Source: Rhizaria sp. SCN 62-66
Lineage: Eukaryota
Length of the DNA: 64,000 bases
Direction: 5' to 3'
Assembly (NCBI GenBank): GCA_001724265.1
Contig: MEDY01000255.1
Span: forward strand, 1-64,000
The translations under genes were made by a program, and so were the position numbers. A model generated the notes under the pieces. The model had not been told where the DNA came from and made no database searches. It saw only the letters and a list, made by a program, of their open reading frames with translations. Positions 47,601 through 60,623 of this stretch are shown here, piece after piece. Position 1 is the first letter of the stretch. Every line of letters begins with the position of its first letter.

Positions 47601-50600
47601 GATGTCGGTGTTGTGTGCAGTGAAAGCGACTGTGAGCTGCCTCTGTTAGGCGCAATCGCTGCTTTATGGACGCTAGACCCAGTGGCAATCGCGTTCAAGC
47701 ACTTGCCTTCCTGGCTCGGCACCCTCACGCGTCTCAGCTCTTCGACTGCGAGTCAGCGCTCAGACGGCGGTGTAAGTGCCCCCTTGGCCGTCCCCGCGCT
47801 GCTGCCGCTGCTGCCGCTGCACGTGCGCTCCCGCCTCGCGCTGGCTTACCACACGGGCCCCGCTGCGGCGCGCGCCGTGGTTGCGGCAAACTCGGCGCTG
47901 TTCCGCAGTCAAGCCGGGTTCCTGCACCGCTACGTCAGCAGCTCGGTCAACCTGCGGGGTGCCCTGCCGAGGGAAGCGGTGCTGAGCGGTGGCGCGAGCG
48001 CGACGGCGAGGGCAAGCGTGAACGTCATGACCTCGACGGTGCTCAACGTGGATCTCCTCACTGCCTGCGCGTGCGCGAGTCTAAGTACCTTTCTCGCGCC
48101 GCCGCTTACTCAGCTCCATATCTTTCACAGCAGCCATACCTACGCCACCAGCACGAGCTCCATGACCACGGTGAGCTGCGCAACCACGCTTTCGTCCCCA
48201 TCACTCCCGCTGCATTTGCCGCCGGTATCGCTGCTCTTCGCCCCCACGCCGCCGCCGCCGACGCAGCAACAGCAACAGCAGGAGGGCGCCACGGGGAGCG
48301 CCGGGGCCGCGGGCGGCCGCGCACCGCTGGGCAGCGCCAAGGTGACTGTGAGCAGGCCGGCGCCGTTTGCGGACATGACCAAGTGGGCATGGACGCAGGC
48401 ACTTGCAGCTCTAAGGGGCGCGAGCACAAGCGCCACTGTTAGTAGCAATTCTAGCGCAAACGCGTTCACTCGCAAAGATGCTCTCGACATTGCAAGCACT
48501 GCTCTCGCGTACATGCACAACAACAACGCGAGCGCGAACTCCAACATTGGTTTGTCTGCCGGTGATGCTGGCTATGACGGTGTGTTGAGTCCGTGTGAGT
48601 TTGGCAATCTTGTGTCGCTACAGTACACGACAGTTCCTCTTCAAACACATGCTGGGACGAACCCCAATGACTTTCCATGGATTTCTCAGCTTCTGCACGC
48701 AATGGCATCGCCGCAGAATCTCAGCAGCCGTCTAAGTACCTGCCACAGCGAGAATGTAAGCACCCGTCACCCGCTGCTGTGGGCCCCACGGCCGCTGCAG
48801 GTCGTGCTCAAGGGCGTGTTTGCGGGCGAGGCCGGCTTTGGCGAAGGGCCCAACCAAGAGGTGCGCGCGCTCGTCGACTCCACGCTCGCCGCCGCCGGGG
48901 CCGGGGTGGGACTGTGGCGGCAGGACTGGGGCAGCGGGGCCCGCAACGGCAGCTGCCACAGCCAGGGCAACAGCGACTGCGAGAGCGACGACGACGGTGG
49001 CGGCGGTGTCGACCCTTATAGCGGCCGTGGTGATGATGGCGACATCGTCAATGGCGGTGCAGCTGTAGCTATGACTGATGGTGACCGTGGCACGACCGCA
49101 GACAAGGTTGCTGACTCCAACTCTGGCGCGAGCTCGAGCTCTGTGCTTGTGACGGACGCTGCGAGTAAGCAAGAACGCAAAGCGCAGGCTTTGGTTGCAA
49201 AGTCAGAGGTTTTGCTTACGTTTCCTTTACCGAACTCGCTGAGGAGCCCAACTTCAGACGCGTATGCACAAGATGCACGCGCATCCCTGTGTGTGCCTAT
49301 TAGCTCCAGTGCGCTGCTCATCTCTGCCATTGTCGCGATCGACACTGCGTATAGCCCAAACACACCCAGTTCTGGAGGGGCATCAGGCAGCCTCGCTTCT
49401 AGTTCTGGGTACGATAGCGCCTACCGTAATGACAACAACAGTGGCAGCTGCTACAGTAACAGCTATGTTTCAACGGCAAGCCTTAGCAGCAGCCTTAGCA
49501 GTAGCGCTACTAAGCACAGCTACAGTAGCTTACACAAAGACAACATTCGCCACAAACGCGAGAGCCTTCTGTTCCCGTCTAAGCGGGCTTTGCGACTGCA
49601 GAAGCAACAAGCGATGCTGCAAGCACAGCAACAGGCAGCCGCGCGCGCGGATTTGATGAAGGACGGCGATGACGCAAATGAAACTGCCGCAGATAGCAGT
49701 GATATTGATGATGCCAGCGCGGGCTACATCTTTGGTGGGATTGATGATATGTTTGGCTTCCGACCCAAGCGTAAGCTCGAGTCATCATCATCAGCAGCTA
49801 CTGCTGCTGGCGTTGGCGCCAACGATGCCGCTGTGAGCACGACTGATACTGACTCCGACTTCGATCTGGACTTTGATTCGGACTCTGACTCAGACATCCT
49901 CAAGAGCTCTCGTGTTGTCGTTAGCGACGATAACAGTTCGAGCCTCGATGGCGCGAGCAATCCAAGCGCTGATCTCAACCCGCGCCACCGCCGGCGTCGG
50001 CTTGCAGTTGCCGTTTCCAGCACTTACAGTTACCCTCCAGTTCCCGGCCGCAACGCCGGTGACGATGACGACGACGAGGAGGAGGAGACTGAGCAGGAGC
50101 ACCAGCTGCCTGCGGTGATATCGGCGCCAATTACAGCCACAGACCATGTCGCCACCGTGACTGACAAGCAGAGTGACGCGCCGGCCACTGCGGCCTCTGG
50201 CGCGGAGGCTGCGGCTGCTCTTACCGAGGCTGAGGCGAAGGCCAAGGCTGACGCCGAGGCGGAGGCTGAAGCTGAGGCAATCACAAAGGCCGTGATTGCA
50301 TCTGACTGCGCAATATCTGGAGTGACGGACGCGTTGAAGGCATTCTTCCAGTCGGCAGGAACTCCTCAGAGTAGCGCAAACAGTAGTAGCGTGAGCGGCA
50401 GCACGAATGCTACTGCTTGCGCTGGCGCCGGCGCTGATGCCAGCGAGGTCCCTAGCGCGAGCGCTAGTGCGAACAATCTTGATAGTACTGCAAGCTGCGC
50501 AAACTTTAGTGCAAGTGCTAATTTTGCGGACAGTTCTGATGTTAGTGCCCCAGATGTTGGCCCTGGCCTCGCGTTGACGAGCCAGCTAATGCGCATCATG

Positions 50601-53600
50601 ACCACTCTGTTCGCGCACACGGCTGCGTCTGCTTCAAAGGCTAAGCCTCTGACGCTGAACAAGAACGCTTTAACAGCCGCTGCCGCCGCCGCTGTTGCGG
50701 CGACGGCTGCGGCTGAGTCAGGCGCGGCGAACAAGAGTGATGTGGCTTCTATTTTCAACGCGGTCAAAATCTCTCCTGTGTTCACAGTCACTTACTCTAG
50801 CAGCAACGCGAACGCGCGCACCGACACAGCTAACACGCGCTCGGACAGTGCTCGCATGATGACTGTGAGTAGGGTGGCTCATGTGCCTCATGCAACAACA
50901 ACATCGCTTGTGGTCACAAAGAACGCGCTCACCATCACCGCAACATCTGAACATGATCGTCATGGCTCTAGCAGTCAAACCAGTCTCCCCACGATCACGT
51001 TTGTTCCCTACAGGACCCATAAGCTTGCCGCCCGCACTGCACATGACAGCAGCTCTAGTGATGATGGCGGACGCGATAATAACAGCGACACCAGTGATAC
51101 TGATGATGATTGCGGCTCACGCTTGCCGTTGCCTTTACTCTTGCCGCTCACATCCTCACGTGTTCCCCAGAACAACAACAACGACACTGACACGAGTACG
51201 CTGTCAAGCTCAGGTGTCCCTGCATGCGCTGTCATTTGCACGTGCTGCGGTGACGCAACCCCTTTAGTCGAGAATGGAGCGTCCATTCCGATCCGGCTTC
51301 ACTTCAGCGATACCCCGCTAGTCATTCCTGATATTACAGTCACTTCGACGACCCTGGCACGCGCGCGACCTCCAGGCTTATCATTCAGCAACAAAACCAC
51401 AAGTAACACTCTTGACACGAACTCTGGCGCTGTTTCGACACTGACTACGGTCACACCGATTAACACTGCTAGCCGTGTGTTCGCAACGTTCTTCGCGATG
51501 GTGATTGCTCGCGTCGCCAGTGTGCGTGCAGAGACACGGCGGTCACTGAAGATTCTCGCGAACGAAAGTCAATCCGCACGCGATAAGACGAAGGCCGCTG
51601 CAAGGAAGAGCAGGCGCGAAGCTGTTGTTGCATCGGAAGAGACGAGTCACAACGACGACAAGAAGGACGACAAGTCTGAGGCTGGTGAGGCGGTGAACGC
51701 AGACTCTGACTCTGTCGTTGGCACAAAGGCCGCTTCTAAGACGCGGGCTCGGACCCGGACTAGAGTTCGCGCGAGGGCGAACACTCAGATTGCGACCGCA
51801 GCGAACTCGAGGTCGAATGCCGGCGCAACGGCCAAGTCCCGTGCGAAGTCGACGTTGAAGGCTAACGCAGACGCTGCCTTCGAGGCTGATACCGAGTCTG
51901 AGGAGGAGGCTATTGCTGAACAGGACACTGGGGCTTTGAAGGTCAATCTCTTTGCCGACGCAGCGGCGAGCAACACGCCTGATGCCGCTGCTCCTGCGAC
52001 CGACGGGAACAATGATGACAACAGCAGCGATGACAGTGACAGCAACGTTGGAGACGACAGTGACAGCGACAATGACCGTGACAGTGAAACTGGTGAGGAT
52101 TGGTGGGCACAATGCTTCGGCTATCAATTCACTTCCACAGGTCTTGCTGTCGATGTCCAGCTCGCTGCGACCAACCCAATCAAGTCTAGCGACACCACGA
52201 GCGCCACGTTTTGTGAGCAGCCCGCCGCATCCACGCGGTCTAATCCGCGATCTAAGCGGGTTAACTCGCCACCGAAGAGCTCCCAGTCGGCTAAGACTGT
52301 TGCTACGAGCGAAACCGCGGTGTCATCTAAACCCCGCGTCAAGCGCACCAAGCCATCTGATCCTGGCAGCCAAACTCAGAGCAACAAGATCGAGGACTTG
52401 ACTTCGGAGCAACAGCTTGAGAGTCACCGCGCGCGTGTACTGCGTCGTTACGTCAAGATGTTCACTGCTCGTGCCCCCCGGTTGGCGGCAGCAAACACAG
52501 CAACGCAGACCCATGATTGTGTCAAGGAGGCGAACATGACGATTAGCTGTGCTCCCGAGTCAGCGCTTACCGTGGGCAATGTCGCTGAGCGGCTGACTGC
52601 CAAGGCGGCGAAGCTTCACCACTTGCAGTGGGTATCCTGGACTGACGCTGTTGCCGTGGCGATGTACGTCGCTGTGGCAGCGAGCAAGGCAATGGGCGGC
52701 ACAGCGCACCTTCGCTTCGGCCAGAAGCTCCCCTTTGCGGAAATTAGTCTGGCTAACCATGGCGTGCAGGTGCCGGCGAGCGTCACGCTGTATCAACCCG
52801 CGGTCAACAGTAATTCAAGCACGAACGCGAGTGGACTTTCCTATGCTGCCGCCGCCCTTGCATCTGTCTATAACAATAGTCACCCCAGCGGCGGCTCAAG
52901 CTCTGCACCGCGGTTTCCCTCACAAGACCCTCTTGTTTGCCGTTGCATGACGACTGATAAGGACAAGAATAGCTCTCCAAACACTACGAGTGTCGCAGTA
53001 CCTCAACGTGTTCGGACGTTGTTTTATGTTTCTCCGAACTTCAACAGCATGAACACGACGAGCCCAGGCAGTGGTATTGCACCGGTCACGTCAGACTACC
53101 AACAGAGCCAGAAGCAGCAGCGCGAGCTGCTACGGCAACTGCAAAAGTCACATGATGCGGCCCAGCGCCGCGCTGCACGCCTTGAAAGTAAGCCGCTGAG
53201 GCTTGACTTTAGGCCGAGTCTGCAAGCCATCGCTGCTTCTGCACTAACTCCTAACTCCAGCAATACTGACAACAACAATGCACCAGCTGCTACTACTGCT
53301 GCGTCTGGTTTGAATGCGACAGCGAGTGCGACTGCAGGTGCACCTGGCAGTGTTGCAGTTGTCACGGTTGCTTCTTGCGATCAGGTGGAGTTACCTCTGT
53401 ACCCTTCGTGGCGTCTTCCAACTGTACCGAGTGCAACAACATCTAGCACAGACATGTGGGGCGATACCACTATGCAGTCTAAGTACACCCTTGCACAAAT
53501 GCCACTGTGGCTCCGCGACCTGCGCTCTGACTCACGCCCTACACTCGCCAATAGCAACGCCAGCGCTAGTCTCTCGCAGTCAACGCAGGACTCGCAGTCG

Positions 53601-55757
53601 CTCGTTGCGTCCGTGCGGTGGTTTACACTGGGCACTGCGCTGGGTCGTGCGTGGGTTGAAGGGGCGCGGCTTAACTTGCCACTGTCGGAAGCGTTTTTTG
53701 CGGTGTGGCAACAGCACATTCGCAAGTACCACAGCAACGCGAGCACACCCATTACGCACACCAGTGACAATTACAGTGCCACCATTGCGCGTGCACAGTC
53801 ACTGGCGAACGCTGCCCGTGACTTGAGTCGCTTCGGCGCAACTGCGCTTCTCACGCAGACGACAACACCGTATTGCACGTCTTGTAGTGCTAATGCGAGT
53901 GACAATGCCGCGAGTGGCACTGGCGCAGGACCTGAAGTGCTTCGGAGCGTCTTGACTTCGGCACAAGCGGGTCTGCTAGTTCCTGCTAAGTCAGATTCTG
54001 GCTCCGCAACAGCAGCAGCAGATGATGTAGGTGTGACTCTTGGCGGCATGCCCTTGGATGACATTTACTTGCCCTTACTGCTGCCCGACCCTGAACCGAG
54101 CCCACGTGCTTCTAACAGCGCCGCCGCTGAGTTAAGTGAGTCTAGCGCCCGCGTAAGTGGTATTCCCGCCAGCGTGTTGTCCGAGTACAGTATGACTGCT
54201 AGCGAGCTTAGCGCCGCAATCGCGAGTGACAGTGTCGCTAGCGTCAATACCAGCAGTCTCAGCTCTGCAGCCGCAAGTGCAATTTCATCTGCCGGATCTG
54301 CGAACCGAAGCGCCGTGATCCCCGTAGACCAGACCCTAACATCATCGACTCTGCCGCTGTCCCTCGCCCTCACTCACAGCACGCTCTTCCGCGCAGGTCT
54401 GCCCGCCGCGAACATGCTCGCGCCGCTCACGCTCGGCTTTGCGCTCGCCGCGGCGCCGCAGGCGCTGTTGCTGCTGTCGTCCGCGGAGGCGGCCGCCGCG
54501 CTGGGCACGCTGCCTGACGACGACGACGGCGAGTTTGAGGACGGCGACGACGATGATGAGGACGAGGACGAAGACGAGGAGGAAGAGGGCCCACGCAGTC
54601 CTGGCGCAAGCGCCGTCAGCCCGACGAGCACGAAGTTAAGCCGCGCCCGCAGCAGTGCGCACAGTCGCCGCCGCAGCAGCAACGGCGGCACTGTTAGTGG
54701 CAGAGCCCGTCGTCGCAGCAGCCTCGGTGGCAACAGCCTTCCCGGCAGTCTCAACAACACGCCTAAGACAGCGAAAACAAAGTCTTTGGCGACCACCGCA
54801 TCCGCAACGAAGGCGGGCGCTGCGAAGCGTCGCCGCGGCGGCTACGACTTCTCCGTCGCCACTCTGGCCAAGGCCCTTACACTGCGGTCCCCTTACACCC
54901 TCCAGTCGCCGACGATCGTGGCCCTGCTCACGGTCCTCTCGACCTTCTCGGTTAAGCAGCAGCGCCGCTTCCTGCACTGGGCGACGGGCGTGCCGCGCCT
55001 CCCCCCGGGCGGCCTGGCAGCGCTATCGCCGCCGCTCACGGTTGCGCGCGCGGCCGCGACGGTGCGCGAGGTGCAGGAGGCGGAGGAGAAGGCCAGTAAG
55101 GCGTGGCGCGATGAGGCCGAGGCGCGGGCGGCAGCGACGCTGGCCGCGGGGCTGCAGCGGGCGCGGGCGAGCGCCAGCGCCAGCGCCAGGGCTGAGACTG
55201 AGGCTGAGAAGGCTAACGCCGGGGCTAGCAGTGACCACGATGACAACAAAGATGCTAGCCTAAGCGAAAAGTCGAGCGATGTCACAAGCAACGAGTCACT
55301 CCCGCTGCCGATGACTGATAGCGATTCCAACAGCAGTGCCAGCACAAACACTAGTGCTGACAATGAGGGAGAGGAACATGAAGAGCAGCAGACAACAACA
55401 GCAGCCCAAGCGGCGACCACAGAGGCGTCAGCAGAGTCTGTCACTGTCGCTGACAGCAGTGCGAAGACCGAGAATGAGACTCTGGCTGAGATTGCTGCAC
55501 AGGCTCCGGCTGATACGGACACGGGGGCAGCGATGGAGTCTGGCTCCGCGAGTGTGACTCTGACGCCTGTCGCTGTCGTCGTAAGCAGCACCGAGTCAGC
55601 AGCGAAGGACGAGGATGAGCCCACAGTGTACTTGCTGCCGACAGTGATGACGTGCACGCACATGTTGCGTTTGCCTGACTTAAAGACCGTTGCGTTGGTC
55701 AAGGCCAAACTCTTACGTGCAATGGCTGACACTGACGCGGGATTCCAGCTGTCTTAA
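38661..55757 (+). CDS. Giant single-exon HECT E3 ubiquitin ligase of the TRIP12/Ufd4/UPL3 type (~5,698 aa); needs 3 in-frame TAG codons read as sense
   Basis: N-terminal ARM region (PDAIVLAARVLTGLLD, IDFFSVVTQR) and HECT motifs FAGEAGFGEGP, LNLPLSEAFF, FLHWATGVPRLPPGG, LPTVMTCTHMLRLP, GFQLS-TAA. Four ORFs share one frame and are separated only by TAG at 40575, 41607 and 41841. Confidence 0.88.
41893..41950 (+). repeat. (CTGCCA)n hexamer repeat encoding poly(Ala-Thr)
   Basis: About 9.5 tandem copies, seen directly. Confidence 0.9.
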
Positions 55758-55982
55758 ACAAACAGGTCTTGCCGACCCAATCGTATAATAGCGACCATGG
55801 TGTTGATAAACATGTTATATTTAGATGAGAGGTGATTCAAATTAAGAATCACACAATTATATACAATAAACCTATGTATTATTAGAAATCAGACTCGGTA
55901 TCGATGAGTCAAAACCTATACTATATATACTGAAGGTGACTAATGCTCTAAATGAGCTTCAGTTTTAGTTCGCCTGCATCTT

Positions 55983-58657
55983 TCACTGCATCTGCGCGCC
56001 CCTCAGCGCAGCCACCTCCTTGCGCAGCGCCGCAACCTCGGCCATCATGGCCTCGAACTGGAGCTGGCGCTGCCGGTCGCTGTGCTCCGCGGCAGTCTTG
56101 CTCGCGAAGGCCTCACGGAGGAAGTCGGAGTGCACGTTGGTCACCGCTGTGTGCAGCGACAGGCGCAGCGAGTCCAGCTGCTCCGTAAAGGCGGACTGCT
56201 GCTGCGAGAGCAAGTGTTGCACAGAGCCGCTCAGCTCAACGCCCCCACTATTGTTGTTCACAGCACCAGGAGCGTTCACGCTCTGCGCAGTGCCGACATT
56301 GGTGCCGACCTTCCCGTTCGTGAGCGACGCGGTTGCGGCTGCGGCGGCGGTCGCAGTCGCAGTTGACAATAGCGACGGCAACGTGTTCTGCAGCGCTGTC
56401 GTGACCGCGTTCGCAATGGCGAGGTTAAGCGATTCCGACACAAGCACCGGCGCAGTCGTCCCAGTCGCTGTCGCAACGGTTGAGGCTGGAGCACCCGTTG
56501 CAGCAGCCACCGTGCTCGCGTTCGTGACCAGGGCCGCTGTGTTGCTGTGGGTGCGCGCCAGAGAAGCGAACGGCGAGACACGGCTACCCAGACCAGTCGC
56601 GGCAAAGCTGGAGCTCGCGCTCGAGTTGGCGCTTACGGCGCTCGCAGAAGCCACAATAGCACTCGTGCTCGGGGCAGCAGCGCTAGGAGCGAAGTCGCTC
56701 GAGTTGCTAAGGTTGCTATTGGCGTTGCTGAAGGCAGAGACGGCGGCAGTGAGCGCAGCGTTGCTGCCCGCGCTGGTACTGTCACTGCCATTGGCAGCGC
56801 CGCGAGTGGAGAGCTGACACATTGGGAAGAGCGCAGCCACCGACTGCAGCGTCACCCGCGTCGCTGACGCCGCCACTGCCGCGCCCTGTTGCTGGTGCTG
56901 AGCCTGGATATTCGTGATGGCACCCAGGGGGTACTTAGATCCGTACGCGTTGCACTCAGACTTGGAGTCGCCCTCAGTGATCGCAGTCTTCGCCAAGAGC
57001 TTCACGCCCGAATACGGCTTAGCTTCCGTACTGCCGGTCACGCCAGAAACCGCGAGCAGCGAGTAGGCGGCGCACGCGCCGTCTGAGTATCCGAGGATGA
57101 CACTGCAGCCGTCGGGACTGACTTCCAAGGCAGTGACCGTGAGCTCTGAGGGGGTGCTTAGACTGCGCGTGGGCAGGTAGAGTAGCGAAGGCCGGGTCGG
57201 GACTGCAATTGAAAAGGGCACTGAGGGGTCCCAGAGACACAGGTCGGCACTTGCGCGGTCTAAGGGGGTGCTGACAGTCGCGGGCCGCGTGAGTGCGATG
57301 ACGAGGAAGCGGCCTGAAGGATGCCACGAGAGCTTGCTCAAAGTCACAGTATTACTCGCTGTGCTGTTGTTGTTTAACGAGGCAATAGCAAGAGGCGTTG
57401 AGAGCACAGTGCTGGAACCACTGATAGTCGCGACGTTACCGCTCTTGCTCACGACCTGCGACAGGTCAAAGAGAGCAACAACACCGTTGCTGTAAGCGAC
57501 AGCCAGGGTGGCCCCGCTGTACCCGCTACCACTGACACTAGCACTGCTGGCGGGACAGAGGCAGAGATCGGCAACACTTACGCCATCCACCGAGCCGGCG
57601 CTGCCACTATTGTAAGTCCCCGGGTGAGGGATCACCGCGAGCACACCCTTACCCAAACCAGAGCTCTGTGACTGTGAGCCAGAGGGAGCAAACGCGTGCA
57701 CAAAGATTAAGCCGCCCTCAGTAGCTGTAATCACAGTCGCGTCAGTCGGCCCAAATGCAAGTGCTGTAATGGCGTTGGACGTCACATGGACAGTCTTGCT
57801 CGCAGTGCCAGCGCTGCCGTTGTTGGTATGGGTGTTGTTGAAGTTACTGAGGTACGCGTTGGTGACAGCAGGCGTTGGCGTTGTGATGCTGAAGATCTTA
57901 GACTTGTGCTTCAGATCCCACACGTCCACGCTGTTCGTGGACGTGTCGTTCTTCCCGAGAGACGGCGCGGAACACAGGTACCGACTCCCCGCGCTGAAGG
58001 CCAGCAACCTCGTCGCGCCGCCGCTCTCGCTGCCTCCAAGGGAGGCGTCGGGCGCGTCAAGTTTAGCTGCATAGGCCGCGGCGTCAAGCGTAGCGGGCGC
58101 GCCGACGGGTGCGAGGAGGTCGAAACGGCCCAGAAGCTGACCTGTGTGGTGTGTGAGGGCGATGGTGCCGTCAGTGGCACAAGAGACGATGACCTGGAGA
58201 CGGGGTTCGATAGCGGGAGAAAATAAAACAAAGTTTCAGAGAGATAGATGAGCGCATATTAGAGTAAGACAAAAAAGAGCCAGGAGATACATACGAATGC
58301 GCATATTGTAGACGAGTTGCATTGATTCGGAGCCGTAAGGTGTGTTAAACGAGAGACTTCAGTGTACGCGGTGACGAACCTGGTGGTTGTGGTTCCAACG
58401 GGCGCAGGTGACAATAGTATCAGCGGCATGAGAAGGGACAGTGAGCAACAAGGACACTGTCGTTGAGTGAATCTGTGAGTTAACAGTGGAGGACATAGAC
58501 CAAAGACGGAGGTCGCTGTCCGTCGTGAGAAACTACGAAGGCAAAGATGCAACAAAACACAGGACGGGCAAGTGAGACAACGTACAGGCTGAAGGATAGA
58601 TGCCAGTCCGAATAAACGTATCGCCAAACAATTACATACCTTTGTGGCTTCAGCCAT
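55983..58657 (-). CDS. NEDD1: NEDD1/GCP-WD-like WD40 protein (gamma-tubulin ring targeting), 3 exons: 58657-58640, 58532-58380, 58193-55983
   Basis: Spliced N-terminus DLRLW...CARWNHNHQVIVSCATDG, FSAGSRYLCS, VWDLK, and a C-terminal coiled coil (AVTNVHSDFLREAF...EVAALRKEV) typical of NEDD1. TGA stop. Confidence 0.8.
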
Positions 58658-59538
58658 GTTGTGTTCGAGTTCAGCCTGGACACCTGGTGTTGGTGCCAAG
58701 GTGCGACAGAAGCTGGGAGAAAAGCTTGACACTGAGTAAGGCTGGGAAGTGGTTGGTCTTTAGCAACGCAGAACAAGAGTTACCAAACGCAATGTGAGTG
58801 CACCAGACCAAGGGTGTAGCCTATAAACACTCTACAACACGGTTATATAACGAATACATCATTGTGAGAGGAAGGTAGGCAGTGGGAAAGTGGCGCTGAA
58901 CGAAGTCGAACACTCGAAGTCAGTTGGCCTTGTCAAACAACAATCATATCATATACTGCTTTCTAGAGAGTCTTATATCAAGTACAGCCCTATTACGCCA
59001 GCATAATTAACATATTCAAACTACAGTCCGAACAACGATCAGACGGATGAGAACGACATGTGTTTTTCAAGCCTGCAGGTCAGCTACTCGCTCCCTTCTT
59101 GCTCGTTTGTTGATTTAGACGGTTCTGAAAAAAACGTCCACTGCTCACGGTCACTTTCTTCCTGGCACGATTTTAGACCTTCGCGCCAAAGATTGAAGAC
59201 AGGTATTTGAGGGTGAATCCGGGACTGCGAAGTCGTGGTATAAATGGCATCGCTACTTATTTGGTGCAACAAGCATCGCTTTGTGTAATATGCCCCAAGC
59301 AACGATGCCGTAGGGTCGATCTGGCGATCGCTCGATTCCCCATCTCAACCTTGTCTTGCACTCTCACTTTCTCAATGTTCAAATTCCTCGCTTCAGAAGC
59401 GCATTATTCAAAACAGTGTGTCTGTGGCCATTTATGCATCTTACTTTAGTACCTAATTCTTCTGCTCACACTTCTTCTCGCGCTTTTCTTCACCCGCCGT
59501 ATCCTCTTTTGTTCCCCATCGCGCCGAAGCTTCTTTCC

Positions 59539-60177
59539 ATGAGCCAGAAGAAGAAGGTGAAGACCGTCGCGGGCGGCGCCGCCCCGCAGCTCAAGCTCTC
59601 CGAGCCGCTGACCCAGTGCCACGCCATCCTTAAGGCCATTATGTCCAAGACGCAGGCGGGCCCGTTCCTTGAGCCCGTCGACTGGCAGACGTACCACCTT
59701 TACGACTACCCGCAGCTGATCAAGAACCCGATGGACCTGGGCACCATCATGACCAACCTCGAGTCTGGCAAGTACTCGGCACCCGACCAGGTTGCCAAGG
59801 ACGTCCGCCTTGTCTGGCGCAACGCCATGATCTACAACCGCCCCGACTCGGAGATCTACGTGACGGCCGACAAGCTCAAAAAGCTGTTCGAGCGCAAGTT
59901 CATCAAGGTCAACAAGGTGGGCAAGCGCAAGCGCGACGGCACCGAGCCCCAGGTGTCGCGCCTCGACCAGACGCGCTTCGCCAACATCGCCTCGGCGCTG
60001 GGCAGCGAGGACCTGGGCCTGCTCGTCGACATGCTGCAGAAGGAGTGCCCTGAGGCGCTTAACGAGGACGAGGCGGATGACGTCGAGATCGAGATCGGCA
60101 ACATCGATGCGCGCACCCTCACTTCGCTGCTCGCCTTCGCCGAGGGCTGTCTCAACAAGAAGGGCAAGAAGAAGTGA
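59539..60177 (+). CDS. Single-bromodomain plus ET/NET domain protein (BET/GTE-like), 212 aa
   Basis: PFLEPVD...DYPQLIKNPMDLGTI...DVRLVWRNAMIYN and ET motif DVEIEIGNIDARTL. TGA stop. Confidence 0.9.
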   Translation: MSQKKKVKTVAGGAAPQLKLSEPLTQCHAILKAIMSKTQAGPFLEPVDWQTYHLYDYPQLIKNPMDLGTIMTNLESGKYSAPDQVAKDVRLVWRNAMIYNRPDSEIYVTADKLKKLFERKFIKVNKVGKRKRDGTEPQVSRLDQTRFANIASALGSEDLGLLVDMLQKECPEALNEDEADDVEIEIGNIDARTLTSLLAFAEGCLNKKGKKK

Positions 60178-60623
60178 GTGCGTGGACTGCTGTCTGCGTG
60201 CACAGGGGAAACAAGCAAGCAGGCAAGCTTCGTAACGCACTTGCTTTGCTTTGCTTTGCTTTCTCTCCCGAAGTGTCTTGTTATTCATTCTGTCGTGACA
60301 TCAACTACAGCAACAGCATGAGCTTAAGTGCGAATGCTGCTGCTGTGCAACTGTCTGTGTGTATACGTATTATATATATATGCTGTCATTTTGCTGTGAT
60401 AATGTGTATGTGTGTATGCGTGTACCGATTTGTGCATTGGCCACACCTGCAAGGCCAGGAGTCTTATCAAAGCATAAGAACACAAAATACGCACATAATG
60501 CTGTCTAAAAGAATACAAAAAGGATTATCACATCGTTTCTCATTCGATAAACATATATTTGTTTTGTATTTCAGATTTCAATCTTAATTAACTTTATTTG
60601 TTTCCTATATTCGCGCAGCATAT

